From NCBI GenBank assembly GCA_965230295.1, contig OZ246001.1, positions 2,272,001 through 2,336,000 of the forward strand: a stretch of 64,000 bases of DNA, written 5' to 3'. The notes below the pieces were generated by a model, which made no database searches, was not told the origin of the DNA, and saw only the letters and a list, made by a program, of their open reading frames with translations. This DNA is from Marinicella sp. Its GTDB lineage: Bacteria > Pseudomonadota > Gammaproteobacteria > Xanthomonadales > Marinicellaceae. Below, in pieces: positions 1 to 9,604 of this stretch; position 1 is the stretch's first letter, and each line of letters begins with the position of its first letter. Both the position numbers and the translations under genes were made by a program.

Positions 1-1
1 C

Positions 2-181
2 ATGGGTATTGATGGTCCCCAATTGTGAAAGTTGATTCTGTACAGCCGCCAGCTTTTCAGGGTTGTTGCCCACGATGTCGACCGCAACACCTCGCTGCAA
101 CAGTTGTTTTGCGGTGGCCAATCCCATGCCGCTGGAACCGCCGACGATCAGCGCTCTACTTTGGGGTTTGAAATGGTTCAT
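2..181 (-). CDS. SDR family oxidoreductase, N-terminal part (runs off window start)
   Basis: Manual translation from ATG 181 (or in-frame ATG 193): MNHFKPQSRALIVGGSSGMGLATAKQLL..., Rossmann GxxxGxG motif; divergent from HxlR regulator; not in ORF track. Confidence 0.85.
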   Translation of the reverse strand, partial: MNHFKPQSRALIVGGSSGMGLATAKQLLQRGVAVDIVGNNPEKLAAVQNQLSQLGTINTH

Positions 182-284
182 TCTAGGTCTCATGTTGTTT
201 AAGTGAGGTGTCATGATATGATGTGGAAACCTCAAAAAAAAGTAAGTACAAAATGGTGGGATAGGTACCTACCGGTGTAAATTC

Positions 285-635
285 ATGAATTCAAAAGATA
301 AAAAATTTTCAAGAAAAACAGCGCCTGAGGATGGTGCAAGAATGGTTGAGACCATATTTGGTTGTAAGTGGTCATTGACGGTCTATCAATTGTTGGCCAA
401 CGGCATCAACCGACCCGGAGCAATGGTGCGTTCGGTCGATGGATTAAGTACTAAGGTTTTGAATGAGTGCTTGCGGAGAAATTTACAATTTGGGATATTG
501 GAGAAAATCAACTACCCAGAGATCCCACCTCGGGTTGAATACCATGTCACTGACCTGGGTGCGCATTTCATCGAGACGATTGACAAGATCCAACAACTGC
601 AAGTTTTGATTGATGCAGAACAGCGGGATTCATAG
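285..635 (+). CDS. HxlR-family winged-helix transcriptional regulator
   Basis: GCKWSL, GLSTKVL, YPEIPPRVEYHVTDLG motifs typical of HxlR. Confidence 0.9.
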   Translation: MNSKDKKFSRKTAPEDGARMVETIFGCKWSLTVYQLLANGINRPGAMVRSVDGLSTKVLNECLRRNLQFGILEKINYPEIPPRVEYHVTDLGAHFIETIDKIQQLQVLIDAEQRDS

Positions 636-672
636 CAATTAAGTCACCATAAATTCAGGTTCGCTTCATAAG

Positions 673-1096
673 GAATGTTCTTGGAGCTTCATTCTGGTTC
701 ATGGTCTGACAGGTCTTCATATTTGCTGCGCAAATAAACCGACCTTTACAGACTATTGTCTGAGCAGTTGCTTCGCACTGCATGTCTGTTTCTGACAAAG
801 ATGAAAGCGACCACGTCGAACATGACATACTACTTCGCACGAATAACGCCATTCACATAAGGCTTCTTGACTTCGTCAAATCGCCATATGCTCATTGGCT
901 ATTCTCTTCGCCTCTGATTGGCCTACATGGATGTAGGTCTGCCGCGATAGCAAGGAGCGATAGCGGCCGCAACATCAAAAGCTCACGGCTAATCAATCAT
1001 TTCATCAAGGCTTCTTTGCTTTGCAAAATCGCCATGATTGCATGATTTGCCTAACCGGCTCGGCGGGTCAAGCTGCTCAGCAGCTTTCCACTGGAT
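673..1096. repeat. Modular structured intergenic element, copy 1 (long form with inserted hairpins)
   Basis: Four blocks shared in the same order with 18360-18535, including 19-nt and 16-nt exact matches; compensatory stem changes. Confidence 0.8.
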
Positions 1097-1192
1097 CACT
1101 GATAATCTTTCCGTAACTCAACAGCAACGAATTCTTAATGATGACTCAATTAAGATTCATTGCTTTTTGATTAACCCACTTGAGGAAAGAAC

Positions 1193-2086
1193 ATGAGTTC
1201 GATAAAAACAATTTGCCTGCTGATCTTGCTTGGTACCGTACCGACATCGTGGGCCGTGACTGAGGCCCAAAAAATAACCATCCGTGATGCATTGAAAAGC
1301 AAGGATTGGGACACGGCCTTAGATTTGGCGGAAGATTTGGTTGATGATCACCCCACCAGTTCTGTGGCGCATTATTTATTGGCCAGTGCGATACGAATCA
1401 AAATGCAAGAAGTCAGCCAAGTGCGGGCCATGTTCTCTTTGGGCGATTACAAAGAAGCTTTGGCGAAGAGTATTGAGTTGGATCCCCAAAACATCGATGC
1501 CAGGACTGAAGAAATTGGATTTTATTTGTTTGCTCCAGGTGTGGCAGGCGGAGACAAGGATTTTGCTGCTGAACGCATCATTGAGCTGAAGACTGTAAAC
1601 CTTTTTAGTGGCTTACAAATGGAAGCCCAATTGGCTGCCGTTAATGAAGACACAGATAAGCGATTACAACTGCTGCAACAAATGGTTGAGCTTGAACCGG
1701 GAAACCCACAAGCTTTGATGCAGCTGGGCGGGTTAATGGTTCAATTGAAACGGTTTGAACAGGCTGAGGATTCGTTCATCAAAATCACTGGGGAAGAAGA
1801 CCCGACATGGCCGTTGGCGGCACAGTACCAACGAGCCAAGTGGCGTATTTTGGCTAAGCAAGAATCTGATCTGGCGATTGAATTGTTGCGCAGTTATCAA
1901 CAACAATTACCCAATATTGAAAGTGAGGTCAACTTACCATCTTTGGCTGCGGCTTTGTGGCGAGAAGCCTTGGCATTTGAAAACAAAGGCGATGAAAAAA
2001 GTGCCATTGCATTGCTGAAAAAGAGTTTATCAGCGGATGGTGAATTTGAACCTGCAGAAGATGATTTGGACCGCTTGACTGACTAG
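1193..2086 (+). CDS. Exported TPR-repeat protein
   Basis: Signal peptide, helical TPR-like repeats (AHYLLA, SIELDPQN, VELEPGNPQALMQLG); RBS GAGGA. Confidence 0.8.
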   Translation: MSSIKTICLLILLGTVPTSWAVTEAQKITIRDALKSKDWDTALDLAEDLVDDHPTSSVAHYLLASAIRIKMQEVSQVRAMFSLGDYKEALAKSIELDPQNIDARTEEIGFYLFAPGVAGGDKDFAAERIIELKTVNLFSGLQMEAQLAAVNEDTDKRLQLLQQMVELEPGNPQALMQLGGLMVQLKRFEQAEDSFIKITGEEDPTWPLAAQYQRAKWRILAKQESDLAIELLRSYQQQLPNIESEVNLPSLAAALWREALAFENKGDEKSAIALLKKSLSADGEFEPAEDDLDRLTD

Positions 2087-2106
2087 GGCCTGTTAACAGA
2101 TCCTAG
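2083..2106. mobile_element. Collapsed MITE remnant (fused ends)
   Basis: CTAGGGCCTGTTAACAGATCCTAG; the first 16 nt are identical to 11770-11785 at the left end of the MITE, and the right half is a degenerate right end. Confidence 0.65.
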
Positions 2107-3350
2107 CTAAGCAGATCGATTTGTTGTTGAATAAAACCACGTTCTTGTCGGTTTTTCGATAAAGCCATGGCATGAGAAAAATAATTCACTGCGGCTTGAG
2201 GTTCGGCGCGTAATTTTGAAATCTGTGCGTGGGCCAGGTAAAAGGGTAGGTAATTTTTCAATGACTTTTGATCGATGGATTGCAACAAATGCCAGGCCGT
2301 TTCAATTTGACCGGCATAGGACATCGCCACAGCCTGATTGATTTTTACAGTGGCCGTAGGCACATATTGCATCAATTTTTCATACAAGGCCACAATCTGT
2401 GGCCAGTCAGTCTCATTCCAGGTTTTGGCTAAGCTGTGCACGCCACTGATGGCGGCTTGAATCTGGTAAGGGCCCATACACTTAAGGTCCATGGCTTGTT
2501 TAAACAATTCATTGCCTTTTTCTATCATTTCAGTTTGCCACAGCGTCCTGTCCTGATGTTCTAAACTGATGAATTGTTCGGTGCTTTTGGCGCGGGCTTT
2601 CAGTCTGGATTGATGGAAGTGCATCAAGGCCATCAAGCCCAAAACTTCAGCTTGGTCAGGCATCAATGCATTCAAAGTGTTGGCCAGGTAAAAGGCCTCA
2701 TCGGTGTGCTCCAGATTAAACAATTCATTGTACTCGCCGGTATAGTAGCCGGCATTGTAAATCAAATAAATGACAGCCAGAACGTGATCTAATCTTGTAG
2801 GTAATTGCTCTGTATCAGGCACTTGGTAAGGAATGGCTGAGTGTTTTATTTTTCGCTTTGCGCGAACCAATCTTTGGGCCATGGTGGCCGTGTTAAGTAC
2901 AAATGATTCAGCGACTTGTTCAGCCGTAAAGCCACAAACGGTATTTAAGGTTAATGCCACTTGGGTGTTGTCATCCAGAGCGGGGTGACAACAACTGAAT
3001 ATCAATCGCAGTCGTTCGTCCGGAATACCTGAATCATCCATCTCAACAGTCATGTCATGTTGTAATTCATGTAGCTGGGCTATGAGGGTTTGTTTGCTGT
3101 TGAAGTTTTGTTGTCTGCGCAGGTTGTCTATGGCTTGGTTATAGGCTGTTTTTAGCAGCCAGCTTTTGGGGTTTTCCGGTATTGTGGATTCTGGCCACAG
3201 CGCCCAGGCTTTGATAAAAGCTTCTTGTAGTACATCTTCAGCCAGTTCGATGTCTTTGATTTGTTTGATCAGGATGGCCAGTAGCTGGGCCCGCTCATGG
3301 CGCATCAAATGATTCAGCGTGTTGCGCAATGAGTCGGGCTTTTTACTCAT
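2103..3350 (-). CDS. ECF42-type RNA polymerase sigma factor with C-terminal TPR extension
   Basis: 415 aa; [59 protein letters not shown]; downstream of a DGPF gene. Confidence 0.92.
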   Translation of the reverse strand: MSKKPDSLRNTLNHLMRHERAQLLAILIKQIKDIELAEDVLQEAFIKAWALWPESTIPENPKSWLLKTAYNQAIDNLRRQQNFNSKQTLIAQLHELQHDMTVEMDDSGIPDERLRLIFSCCHPALDDNTQVALTLNTVCGFTAEQVAESFVLNTATMAQRLVRAKRKIKHSAIPYQVPDTEQLPTRLDHVLAVIYLIYNAGYYTGEYNELFNLEHTDEAFYLANTLNALMPDQAEVLGLMALMHFHQSRLKARAKSTEQFISLEHQDRTLWQTEMIEKGNELFKQAMDLKCMGPYQIQAAISGVHSLAKTWNETDWPQIVALYEKLMQYVPTATVKINQAVAMSYAGQIETAWHLLQSIDQKSLKNYLPFYLAHAQISKLRAEPQAAVNYFSHAMALSKNRQERGFIQQQIDLLS

Positions 3351-3355
3351 AGGGT

Positions 3356-3709
3356 TTAGGATGGTATGTGCATGATGGGACGAATTTCGACACGGCCATA
3401 CGCGGCTGAGGGTATTTTGGCTGCATAGTGAATGGCTTCGTCCAGATCTTTACAGTCCAATAAATAATAGCCTCCCAGTGCCTCTTTGGTTTCGGCAAAT
3501 GGTCCATCTGTGATGTGGCTTTTTCCAGACCTCACTTTAACGGTTGTGGCCATGGTAATGGATTCCAAAGCTTCACCGCCCAACATCACGCCATTGGCTT
3601 CAACTTCTTCGGTAAACTTCTGGTATTCGCCGATCATTTGCATGAACTCATCGGTACCTGGTTGTGGTCCGGCATCTTCTGCGCTGTATATCATCAGTAA
3701 ATATTGCAT
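3356..3709 (-). CDS. YciI/DGPF-family protein
   Basis: [17 protein letters not shown] and VEIRP motifs; canonical ECF42 partner. Confidence 0.92.
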   Translation of the reverse strand: MQYLLMIYSAEDAGPQPGTDEFMQMIGEYQKFTEEVEANGVMLGGEALESITMATTVKVRSGKSHITDGPFAETKEALGGYYLLDCKDLDEAIHYAAKIPSAAYGRVEIRPIMHIPS

Positions 3710-3779
3710 GTTTTGACTCCTGTAAATGGTTAATTATTTTATGCGAAAGGAGAATTTAATACACCTCCTTGTTCAATAG

Positions 3780-3806
3780 GACGAAAATGCAGTCTTGAAA
3801 TAGACA
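3780..3806 (-). promoter_or_regulatory. Putative ECF42 autoregulatory promoter
   Basis: Minus strand TGTCTA-N17-CGTC, close to the ECF42 consensus TGTCGA...CG(A/T)C, about 70 nt upstream of the DGPF gene. Confidence 0.65.
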
Positions 3807-3908
3807 TCATTCATTAAATTATTGACAAAAGGGATGTTTGTGTGTCTAAATGTAACCTTAGGGTATCATTATGATAATTATAGGTAACTAATGTAAACAG
3901 GAATAAAA

Positions 3909-4388
3909 ATGAATAGAACACAAAATTGTGCAGAAGCCATGGATTTAATGAACACCAGAATAGCAATAGGTTTACTGATTGCCTCTTTTGCGTATGCATT
4001 GGATTCCGCATCCATGTTAGTACCGGGTGGCGATCAATCGTTGTTGGGCTGGATAAGTTTCGCAGTAAGCATCGTGTCTGTGTTATGGATATTTCGTGCC
4101 ATAGGACCCAGTTTATGGAAAAAACTTAAAAACCGATCATTATCACACCAGGAGCCAGAAAGTTTCATCACAGAAGCTTTTCACCAAGCCATCATTAAAT
4201 CGTGGATCATTACGGTCATTGCATTAATGGTCTTAAAATCGCTTGAACGAGTGGTCATTAAATGGGCATTACCGGTGGATTTTTATTTCAAAACATTGAT
4301 CTTTGTTATGCTTTTTTCAGCCAGTCTGATTTTTCTGATCTCAACTTATGTAAGAGATGGTGTAGACCAAAATGAGGAATTGGGTTAA
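3909..4388 (+). CDS. Membrane protein (about 4 TM) co-transcribed with XRE regulator
   Basis: Four hydrophobic segments; stop overlaps next start (TAATG). Confidence 0.7.
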   Translation: MNRTQNCAEAMDLMNTRIAIGLLIASFAYALDSASMLVPGGDQSLLGWISFAVSIVSVLWIFRAIGPSLWKKLKNRSLSHQEPESFITEAFHQAIIKSWIITVIALMVLKSLERVVIKWALPVDFYFKTLIFVMLFSASLIFLISTYVRDGVDQNEELG

Positions 4389-4615
4389 TGGGAGGCCAAT
4401 TGAATAATCGAATCAGGGTATTCCGTGCAGAGCACCGCATCAGCCAAAGCGAATTGGCTGCGGCCATCGGCGTATCCAGAAAAACCATCAGCACCATTGA
4501 AGTGGGCCGTTTTGTGCCATCGACTGTGATTGCTTTGAAGTTAGCTCAATTTTTTAATACCTCAGTTGAAGACATGTTCAGTTTACCCAACAACGAATCA
4601 GGAAGAAGTTCATGA
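4388..4615 (+). CDS. XRE-family HTH transcriptional regulator
   Basis: NRIRVFR..SQSELAAAIGVSRKTISTIEVGRFVPS..ALKLAQFF..VEDMF. Confidence 0.92.
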   Translation: MGGQLNNRIRVFRAEHRISQSELAAAIGVSRKTISTIEVGRFVPSTVIALKLAQFFNTSVEDMFSLPNNESGRSS

Positions 4616-5553
4616 AAGCCATTGTGTGTAAAAGGTACGGCAGCGCGGATGTGCTTCAAGTGCGGGACTTGCCAGAACCCAAACCCAGAACCAACCAAGT
4701 ATTGATCCAAGTGAAGGCCTGTTCGGTTAATCCGGTGGACTGGAAAATCCGCAGTGGTGCATTGATCATCAAAACTGGCTTGAAACCACCGAAAATTCTG
4801 GGGTCGGATTTCGCTGGAGTGATCAAGCCAACTGGTTCACAAGTGAACGAATACCGGGTGGGTGATGAAGTTTGGGGTAAATTTGATTCATTCAAAGGAG
4901 GGGCCTATGCACAAATGGTGGTGGCCAACAGTAAAAACATCAGTAAAAAACCCAAAAATCTGGACTTTTTCCAAGCGGCCTCCATGCCCAATGTGGCTTT
5001 AACGGCTTTGCAGGCTATGATCAACAAGGGCCATTTACACAAAGGTCAGCATGTGATGGTCAATGGGGCATCGGGTGGAGTGGGTCAGATGGCCGTGCAA
5101 ATTGCCAAAGCCATGGATTGTCATGTCACTGCTGTGTGCAGTGGAAAAAACAAAGCATTGGTTGAATCATTGGGTGCCGATACTGTGCTGGATTACCAAA
5201 CTCAAGACATATTGCGCCATCAGCAAACTTACGATGTTTTTTTTGACTGTGTGGCCAATCAATCATATCTTAAAGTCAGGAAAACATTGAAAACAGGTGG
5301 AGTTCATGTCAAAACCACACCAGACTTGTTCAGCATGCTGGGTTTGTTGTTGCGGCCATTCATCAGTAAAGTACCGGACCACATCATGGTCAAGCCCAGC
5401 CATCAGGATTTGCTGCGATTAAAGGAATGGGTTGAGTCGGAACAACTGAAACCGATGATTGAGCAGGTGTTTCCAATGGAAGACGTGGCAGCAGCTCACC
5501 AATTGAGTCAAGCTGGTCGCGTGGTTGGTAAACTGATATTGGACTTATCGTAA
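4612..5553 (+). CDS. NAD(P)-dependent MDR (quinone oxidoreductase-like) dehydrogenase
   Basis: MKAIV..YG, SVNPVDWK, GSDFAG, NGASGGVG, GRVVGKLIL. Confidence 0.9.
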   Translation: MKAIVCKRYGSADVLQVRDLPEPKPRTNQVLIQVKACSVNPVDWKIRSGALIIKTGLKPPKILGSDFAGVIKPTGSQVNEYRVGDEVWGKFDSFKGGAYAQMVVANSKNISKKPKNLDFFQAASMPNVALTALQAMINKGHLHKGQHVMVNGASGGVGQMAVQIAKAMDCHVTAVCSGKNKALVESLGADTVLDYQTQDILRHQQTYDVFFDCVANQSYLKVRKTLKTGGVHVKTTPDLFSMLGLLLRPFISKVPDHIMVKPSHQDLLRLKEWVESEQLKPMIEQVFPMEDVAAAHQLSQAGRVVGKLILDLS

Positions 5554-5558
5554 AGGGA

Positions 5559-6017
5559 TTAAACCAACTGGTCCAATGCGTCATGGACACGGTTCATGAT
5601 CGCCAGGTTGTTTTGAATTTCTTCTTCACTCAGCACCGAAGTCATGGTTTGTACCATCTCAATCTGCACCGCCATGGACTCGCTCAATTTCAGTTGGCCA
5701 TCTGGAGTTAGGTACAACAAATGTGCTCGGCCATCGATGTCACTTTTGCGTCGATCAATCAGGCCTTTGGTCAACATTTTTTTCAACAAAGCTGAAATGT
5801 TACTTTTGACCACCAACAAATGATCGCTGAGTTGTTGTTGTGTCATGCCGGGTCGGTGGTTGATGTTCATGAGGATGTCATGTTGAGCGGCGGTTAAATC
5901 CAATGCATTCAACTTTTGATTCATGACTTTTTGACATTTGAGGTAGCAGCGAACCACTGACAGCCAAGAAGCATGGGCTTGAATGTCACAGGGTCTGATG
6001 GCTTGGTTTTGTTTCAT
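5559..6017 (-). CDS. MarR-family regulator
   Basis: LTAAQHDIL, TQQQLS, KSNIS, DGRAHLLYLTPDG; start placed at ATG of MKQNQ. Confidence 0.88.
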   Translation of the reverse strand: MKQNQAIRPCDIQAHASWLSVVRCYLKCQKVMNQKLNALDLTAAQHDILMNINHRPGMTQQQLSDHLLVVKSNISALLKKMLTKGLIDRRKSDIDGRAHLLYLTPDGQLKLSESMAVQIEMVQTMTSVLSEEEIQNNLAIMNRVHDALDQLV

Positions 6018-6087
6018 ATTCACCACAAATTCGTTGATGTAAGTTTTTATCGAAAATTGCCTGACTGTGCCAGCCAACCTAATTTTC

Positions 6088-6120
6088 AGTGAACTTTCAC
6101 AAAAAGTTCACTTGTGAACT
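6088..6120. promoter_or_regulatory. Probable MarR operator (overlapping inverted repeats)
   Basis: AGTGAACTTT-N5-AAAGTTCACT and AGTTCAC-TT-GTGAACT between the divergent marR and hydrolase genes. Confidence 0.55.
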
Positions 6121-6158
6121 ATATACTGTATAATGAAACCATTCAAAAGTAAAATGAA

Positions 6159-6896
6159 ATGATTGATACCATGTACCCTCCTGCAACAGGTCCTTTGAAG
6201 CCACCCAGTAAGTTCAGCACCCTCAAAGAATTGCGTGCTCCTCTGGAGTGGTTGTTTGCTTTCAGCAACCGCAGAAAGTTGACCCATGTGCCCAAAGGCA
6301 ATCAGCAATTGGTTGTTTTGGTGCCTGGTTATGGTGCCGATGAATGGTCCATGCGCCCATTAAAGAAATTCCTTAAAAGCATCAACTACCGGGTTTTCGA
6401 CTGGGGTCATGGTCGCAACCGGGGTCATGTCACGCATGACACCCACTTATTGGCAGAAACCGTACGTCAAATAAGGGCGAATCATGATCAACAAAAAGTC
6501 ACCTTGATCGGTTGGTCTTTGGGTGGTGTGTTGTCACGAGAAGTGGCCAGGATCCATCCTGACAGGGTCAGTGAGGTGATCACCATGGGTACCCCTTTGA
6601 TTGGAGGGCCTAAATATACGGTACTGGCAACAAAGTATGCCAAAACCATGGACATGGATTTGGATGCCTATGAAGCAGAAATTCATGACATCAATTCAGA
6701 AGGCATCAAACAACCCTTGACGGTGATTTACAGCAAATCAGATGGCATTGTCGGATGGCGAGCCATGGTGGATCAGTACAACAAACATGCCAATAACATT
6801 GAAGTCGATTGTTCTCATATGGGTATGGGTGTCAATGCCGAAGTGTGGCAAATCATTGCAGAAACATTAGGAGGGCGACATGATCAGTCTGCTTAA
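6159..6896 (+). CDS. Alpha/beta hydrolase (esterase/lipase-like)
   Basis: LVPGYG oxyanion motif, GWSLGG nucleophile elbow, SKSDGIV, SHMGM. Confidence 0.88.
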   Translation: MIDTMYPPATGPLKPPSKFSTLKELRAPLEWLFAFSNRRKLTHVPKGNQQLVVLVPGYGADEWSMRPLKKFLKSINYRVFDWGHGRNRGHVTHDTHLLAETVRQIRANHDQQKVTLIGWSLGGVLSREVARIHPDRVSEVITMGTPLIGGPKYTVLATKYAKTMDMDLDAYEAEIHDINSEGIKQPLTVIYSKSDGIVGWRAMVDQYNKHANNIEVDCSHMGMGVNAEVWQIIAETLGGRHDQSA

Positions 6897-7722
6897 AAGT
6901 AAGCCAAATGTCGCAGGTTTCGATGACTTACTGCATCAGCTGGATCAAAGTGCTGATCACAGTCTGATGGTTCCGGCACAATGGGCCCAAGGCCGAACTG
7001 TATACGGAGGATTGACGGCTGCTTTGATATTTCATCGGATGCAGCAAATATCCCGGCAAAGTAACCCCACTGAGCACCGACCAATACGGTATCTTAATTT
7101 GAGTTTTATCGGACCGTTGATGGTTGACTCAAAAGTCACAGTTGATGTTAAGTTGTTGCGATCTGGTCGCAGTGCCACGCAATTGATGGCAGAGGTTAAA
7201 CAAGATGGAAAGACTGCGGTGATCGCTCAAGCCTGTTTTGGTGTTGATCGAGAATCGAAGATCAAGATAAAAAGTGTTGAACCCAGCACCATGGACCTGC
7301 CTCGAAAAGCCAACTTCCTCCCTCAAGTCCCCAAAGTGGTGCCCAAGTTCTTACAGCATTTTGACCTCAGTCTGCAAGCAGGTCGTCTACCATTTATGCA
7401 CAGCAAAAAATCACACTTGCAAGGTTGGATGCGGTTTAAAAATCCACTGAAGTCATTCAATGATGCACATTTGATTGGTTTGATTGATGCCTGGCCTTGT
7501 ACCGTGTTGCAGCAGTTGAAGCTACCGGCCGCTGCCAGTACCATGAGCTGGAACTTAGAGTTCCCTCAAACCGCCAATAGACCAGATGTCAATGAATGGT
7601 TGGCATACCAAGCTGAAACCGATCATGCTGCAGATGGCTACGTATTTACCGACGCCAAAGTGTGGAATGAACAAGGCCAATTGTTGGCCCTCAGCCGCCA
7701 AACGGTTGGCGTATTTGGGTGA
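6880..7722 (+). CDS. Acyl-CoA thioesterase II (TesB-like double hotdog)
   Basis: WAQGRTVYGG, LLRSGRS, DAWP, GQLLALSRQ. Confidence 0.88.
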   Translation: MISLLKSKPNVAGFDDLLHQLDQSADHSLMVPAQWAQGRTVYGGLTAALIFHRMQQISRQSNPTEHRPIRYLNLSFIGPLMVDSKVTVDVKLLRSGRSATQLMAEVKQDGKTAVIAQACFGVDRESKIKIKSVEPSTMDLPRKANFLPQVPKVVPKFLQHFDLSLQAGRLPFMHSKKSHLQGWMRFKNPLKSFNDAHLIGLIDAWPCTVLQQLKLPAAASTMSWNLEFPQTANRPDVNEWLAYQAETDHAADGYVFTDAKVWNEQGQLLALSRQTVGVFG

Positions 7723-7737
7723 GTGTGATCTCAGTGC

Positions 7738-9039
7738 TTATTTCACGAACCGCTTAAGTCCATTCGAGGTAAAGACATTGTCTTTGACTAACTTGGCGTC
7801 ATAGACATTGCTTTTGGGTGATTCATTTTGTAAACCCATCACGTGGTATTTCCTGGCAGTCAAGTCGTGGTAGGCATTGAAGACGGGAAAGGTGCCTGGC
7901 ATGTTGGGGTCTTGACGCAGGTATGACAAACTGACCCGAAACAGTTGGCCCTGTTTGTCATATTGGTCTGCGATCACTATGGACCAGGAATCGGCATCTA
8001 AATAAAAATCTCTTTGACTGTATACATGGCGCCATTCGTCTTTTAAGGTGGCACGTATCACCCATACACGGTGTAGTTCATATCGGGTGTGTTCAGGGTT
8101 GATGTGGCCGATATGTAAGATGTCTTTGTATGACAACGCTTTGTTTTCTAGTCGGTCATTGTTGTAAGGGATGTATAAGGTTCTGGGTTCTAGCAGCTGC
8201 CAATGGAATCGATCAGGTGAACCGTTCACCATATCGGTGTCATCTGCAGTGCGCATCCCGTTGGCTGTATTGATGGGCTGATCATAGGTGAAATTGGGGG
8301 CTCTGATGACCCGGCGCCTGCCTTTGTCCCATAGCCAGGCTGATCTGGCTTGTTCGATTTGATCAATGGGTTCAAGCACCAATCCGCCACTGCCAGAACG
8401 GGAGGCCGGTGCGGTGGTTTTTGAAATGGCAGAGAACAAACGGTTGGGGTTGGGATTGTTTTCAAGGTAGTGGTCATAACGAACTATAGATTCTCTGGTA
8501 GAAATCTGAAATTGACCTTTTTCATCTACATTGGCATCACTGGCAAAATTAACCAGCTGCAAACCACGCCATCTGGCCACATGATTGAAATAAACCTCAA
8601 GCGCACTTTGCGGTATTGGGAATGGTATCCCGCCAGAGGTATTCAACAGGCCAGTTTGATCGGTATTCAGTTCGGCAGTTGTGGCATTCTTTTGGGTGTT
8701 TTCATAAACCCAATCTGGTGCTTTGAAAGTGCGGTGGCTGGGGAAAACGGGCATTTGAAAGGTTTCAGGGTAGGTTTCAAACAACGCCATTTGACCAGCT
8801 GTTAAATGGTCTTGGTGTTGTAGATGGTTGTCATGAGTAATGGTGAATAGCGGGGCTTCGTCGGGATCAACAGCCGCCACATCTTGCCATTCTGGAATGG
8901 TACCGTCATCACCAGCTCGGGTCGCACCGAAAGGTGTCAACTGTTGGCCTAACTGTTTGGCTTGCTCAGGGCTGACTTTAGCCTGAGTCAGACCAATGAA
9001 GCCAACCATCAACCACAGGAATGATTTCACACCATTCAT
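7738..9039 (-). CDS. DUF1329 periplasmic protein (LolA-like)
   Basis: Signal peptide, LTPFGA, GTIPEW, GIPFPIP, RRVIRAP, RYELHRVWVI, ADQYD. Confidence 0.85.
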   Translation of the reverse strand: MNGVKSFLWLMVGFIGLTQAKVSPEQAKQLGQQLTPFGATRAGDDGTIPEWQDVAAVDPDEAPLFTITHDNHLQHQDHLTAGQMALFETYPETFQMPVFPSHRTFKAPDWVYENTQKNATTAELNTDQTGLLNTSGGIPFPIPQSALEVYFNHVARWRGLQLVNFASDANVDEKGQFQISTRESIVRYDHYLENNPNPNRLFSAISKTTAPASRSGSGGLVLEPIDQIEQARSAWLWDKGRRRVIRAPNFTYDQPINTANGMRTADDTDMVNGSPDRFHWQLLEPRTLYIPYNNDRLENKALSYKDILHIGHINPEHTRYELHRVWVIRATLKDEWRHVYSQRDFYLDADSWSIVIADQYDKQGQLFRVSLSYLRQDPNMPGTFPVFNAYHDLTARKYHVMGLQNESPKSNVYDAKLVKDNVFTSNGLKRFVK

Positions 9040-9500
9040 ACTTTGCTCCTGTTCAAGCGCATTTCAATCAAGTGATTTTCAAACCCTGATTTTTCATAGG
9101 CCTTGATGGCTCGTGGGTTTTTGGCATACACATGCAAGATGACCTCTTCAATGTGTTGTTGATCAAACCAATGGGTGATGGATTCAATCAAGGCTTGGCT
9201 GACGCCTTGACCTCGATAGGCCCGGCGTACATACATAAAGCCGATGTAACCGAGGTGACTGGTTTGAAAGAATGGTTTGCGTGCCCTGATTTGACCATAG
9301 ACACTGCCGAGCAATTCGCCATCGACTTCAGCCACCAGCACTTCGGTGTCTTTGGCATCAAGGTATTCAGCGATGGGGTAGTAAGAGATCGGTTGATCTT
9401 GGATTAAAGTGGGATCCATCGGCCGTTCTGCGGCAATGATTTTTTGCTCAAAATCCAACAGGGTCGGCAAGTCTTCTTGAGTAGCGGTTCTGATGTGCAC
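9036..9500 (-). CDS. GNAT N-acetyltransferase
   Basis: IRTAT..D, YVRRAYRGQGV, NPRAIKAYEKSGF. Confidence 0.9.
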   Translation of the reverse strand: MHIRTATQEDLPTLLDFEQKIIAAERPMDPTLIQDQPISYYPIAEYLDAKDTEVLVAEVDGELLGSVYGQIRARKPFFQTSHLGYIGFMYVRRAYRGQGVSQALIESITHWFDQQHIEEVILHVYAKNPRAIKAYEKSGFENHLIEMRLNRSKV

Positions 9501-9604
9501 GTTTGCTTATGGTTCGTTTGGACAGTAACCTATGATAAAACAATTTCAGCATATTTTCATGCTGATTGAATGGGTCTATTGGGCTGTTTTCTGTGTTGGC
9601 GAAG

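Noticed and set aside
782-1045. 87-aa ORF (also 655-852 and 18362-18574)
   Set aside because: They lie within the structured repeat; the conserved blocks fall in different frames in the two copies, so conservation is not at protein level
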